The notes beneath the pieces are model-generated. The model ran no database searches. It was not told where the DNA came from and worked only from the letters and a program-made list of their open reading frames with translations. The translations under genes and the position numbers were made by a program. Source: Pseudomonadota bacterium (GTDB taxonomy: Bacteria > Pseudomonadota > Gammaproteobacteria > JAKAQQ01). From it: a stretch of 64,000 bases of DNA. Location: the NCBI GenBank assembly GCA_027320085.1, contig DAHVLZ010000019.1:32001-96000 (forward strand). The letters run 5' to 3'. Below, piece after piece: positions 62,345 through 64,000 of the stretch (position 1 is its first letter; each line of letters starts with the position of its first letter).

Positions 62345-64000
62345 ATGGTGCCAGATGCCGGTGGCTGGGTTGTTTTGGGCTGGCCTGCAGGGAGGATTCT
62401 CGGGGTCAGCCAAACCGTTGCCTCTGATTTCCAGGTTCTGAAAGAGGGTGCGGAACCTTCTTCGGATCGTCCCTCCACCGAATCCGGATTGCGCGATTGG
62501 CTGATCCGCGCGGTTCAGGAAAGCCAGAAAACAAACCCCCAACCACAGGATCCCCTCTCATCGCCAAACGGTCGGACCTGGTGGCTGTCAGGACATCCTG
62601 AACCCCTGGTTTTCAAGGGGCTTTCTTCATTTCTACTGAATCTCGTCGATCGGTCGCCCGCGCTCTCCGCACAGGTTCAGGATGGGTTTTCGGAAGAGGA
62701 GAGTCCGGATCGAGAGAATGCTTTCCTCAAGGAGCGCTACGACGTTTTGGTCGAGCACAGCCAGGACGGCGTGTTCCTGGCCCATGAGGGACGGTATCTC
62801 TACGTCAACCAGACCTATGCCAATATGCTGGGTTATTCCCGTGAGGAGATGGAAGGCTCTTCGTTCCTGCGTTTCATCGCCCCGGAGGAGCATGTTCGCA
62901 TGCTCGAGATCTGGCGGGAGCGGGAAGCCGGCCGCTGGGAAAAGTCCACCTATGAAATGTTTCTGCTCAAAAAGGACGGAAAGACCCGGGTTCTGGCGTC
63001 AGTCCGGTCCGGCCCCATTTTTTTCAATGGCAAGCTCTCGAGTACCGGGACCATCCGGGACATCACGGCGGAGCGGAGTGCCGCGCGGGCCTTGCGGAAG
63101 ATCGAGAGAGACTACCAGGCGATTTTCGAGAACTCGCTGATCGGAATCTATCAGAGCCTGCCCGAAGGTCGATTCCGGACGGCTAACGAGTCACTGGCGC
63201 GCATGCTGGGTTACGGAAGCGCCCATCAGCTCGTGGAGCAGGTCCAGAACATCGCCAATCTCTTTGTGGATCCGGCCGACCGCTTGCGGCTCAATCAACG
63301 GCTGGATAGTGATGACCATGTGACCGGATACGAACTGCGGTTGCGTCGGCGGGACGGAACACTGCTTTTCGCGGAAGCCAGCTCCCGTTCCATCCGGCGC
63401 AAGGATGGAAGCTTGGCCTATTACGAAGGCTCGCTCGTGGATGTGACCGAACGGAAACGGGCGGAAGCGGCCTTGATGCGATCGGAAATGCGGTATCGGA
63501 CACTCGTCGAGAACAGCCATGTCGGCGTCTTCATCCTGGAAAAGAATCGCTTCGTATACGTCAATGAATCGTTTGCCCATATGCTCGGATGGGAATCGGA
63601 ACAATTGGTGGGTCAGTCGTTCCGGGACTTGGTGCTGCCGAAGCTGCAGTCCGTGTGCGACGAATGTCTGGGCCGCCTGGCCCGTGCAGAATCCACCGTC
63701 GAATCGCGCGAATGGTCCTTGGTCCACCGGGATCCGGCAGTGGTTCCGACGGCGCTGGTCAGCATGCAGAGTCTCGTGACCGATCTGGGCACGATTCTCA
63801 TGGGCACTTCCGTCGATATTACCGAGCGCAAACGGATCGAGGCGCGCCTGATCCATCAAGCCGGACACGATCCCCTGACCGGTTTGCCTAACCGCGTTCT
63901 TTTCAGTGAACAACTCGATCAAGCAATCCGGGGATTCGAGCCCGATCAGCGTCCCTATGCGGTCCTCTTGTTTGAAGTCGATACGTATCAACTGGTCAAT
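62345..64000 (+). CDS. multi-PAS sensor with GGDEF domain, partial (runs off window)
   Basis: Not in ORF track (no stop). One frame gives ERYDVLVEHSQDGVF..YVNQ..MLGYSREEM, two more PAS/PAC repeats, then HDPLTGLPNR...YAVLLFEVDTYQLVN; start uncertain (TTG 62309/ATG 62345). Confidence 0.9.
   Translation, partial: MVPDAGGWVVLGWPAGRILGVSQTVASDFQVLKEGAEPSSDRPSTESGLRDWLIRAVQESQKTNPQPQDPLSSPNGRTWWLSGHPEPLVFKGLSSFLLNLVDRSPALSAQVQDGFSEEESPDRENAFLKERYDVLVEHSQDGVFLAHEGRYLYVNQTYANMLGYSREEMEGSSFLRFIAPEEHVRMLEIWREREAGRWEKSTYEMFLLKKDGKTRVLASVRSGPIFFNGKLSSTGTIRDITAERSAARALRKIERDYQAIFENSLIGIYQSLPEGRFRTANESLARMLGYGSAHQLVEQVQNIANLFVDPADRLRLNQRLDSDDHVTGYELRLRRRDGTLLFAEASSRSIRRKDGSLAYYEGSLVDVTERKRAEAALMRSEMRYRTLVENSHVGVFILEKNRFVYVNESFAHMLGWESEQLVGQSFRDLVLPKLQSVCDECLGRLARAESTVESREWSLVHRDPAVVPTALVSMQSLVTDLGTILMGTSVDITERKRIEARLIHQAGHDPLTGLPNRVLFSEQLDQAIRGFEPDQRPYAVLLFEVDTYQLVN

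Noticed and set aside
63191-63991. 266-aa minus-strand ORF at the window end
   Set aside because: Antisense to the PAS/GGDEF gene on the plus strand.
1-64000. CRISPR array, prophage, integrase or rRNA
   Set aside because: No regularly spaced repeats, phage genes, recombinase or rRNA-like sequence seen.

Overview
High-GC proteobacterial chromosome segment, probably gammaproteobacterial from the gene order; secreted-protein composition hints at an acidophile. 1-24.8 kb is core genome: carA(3' end)-carB-greA-rlmE-ftsH-folP-glmM-tpiA-secG-tRNA-Leu(GAG)-nuoA..N-tRNA-fMet. After tRNA-fMet comes a debris/accessory islet (IS481-like remnant, vapC C-terminal remnant, stand-alone TonB-dependent receptor, solo HNH nuclease). 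The rest alternates housekeeping blocks (purEK, purC, rpe-speD, coq7, ettA, rimK, glyA-nrdR-ribD-ribE, aroA) with exported proteins (M61 aminopeptidase, YVTN propeller/Ig protein with a C-terminal anchor, DsrE-like protein, VPS10/BNR protein plus thioredoxin-NHL lipoprotein, Glu-type subtilase with GlyGly-CTERM) and ends in a multi-PAS/GGDEF gene that runs off the window. Most notable: a small lipoprotein gene (59727-60173) that looks like a free-standing copy of the propeptide of the subtilase encoded directly downstream, i.e. a candidate dedicated protease inhibitor/chaperone module. All calls are from motif reading by eye; no searches were run.
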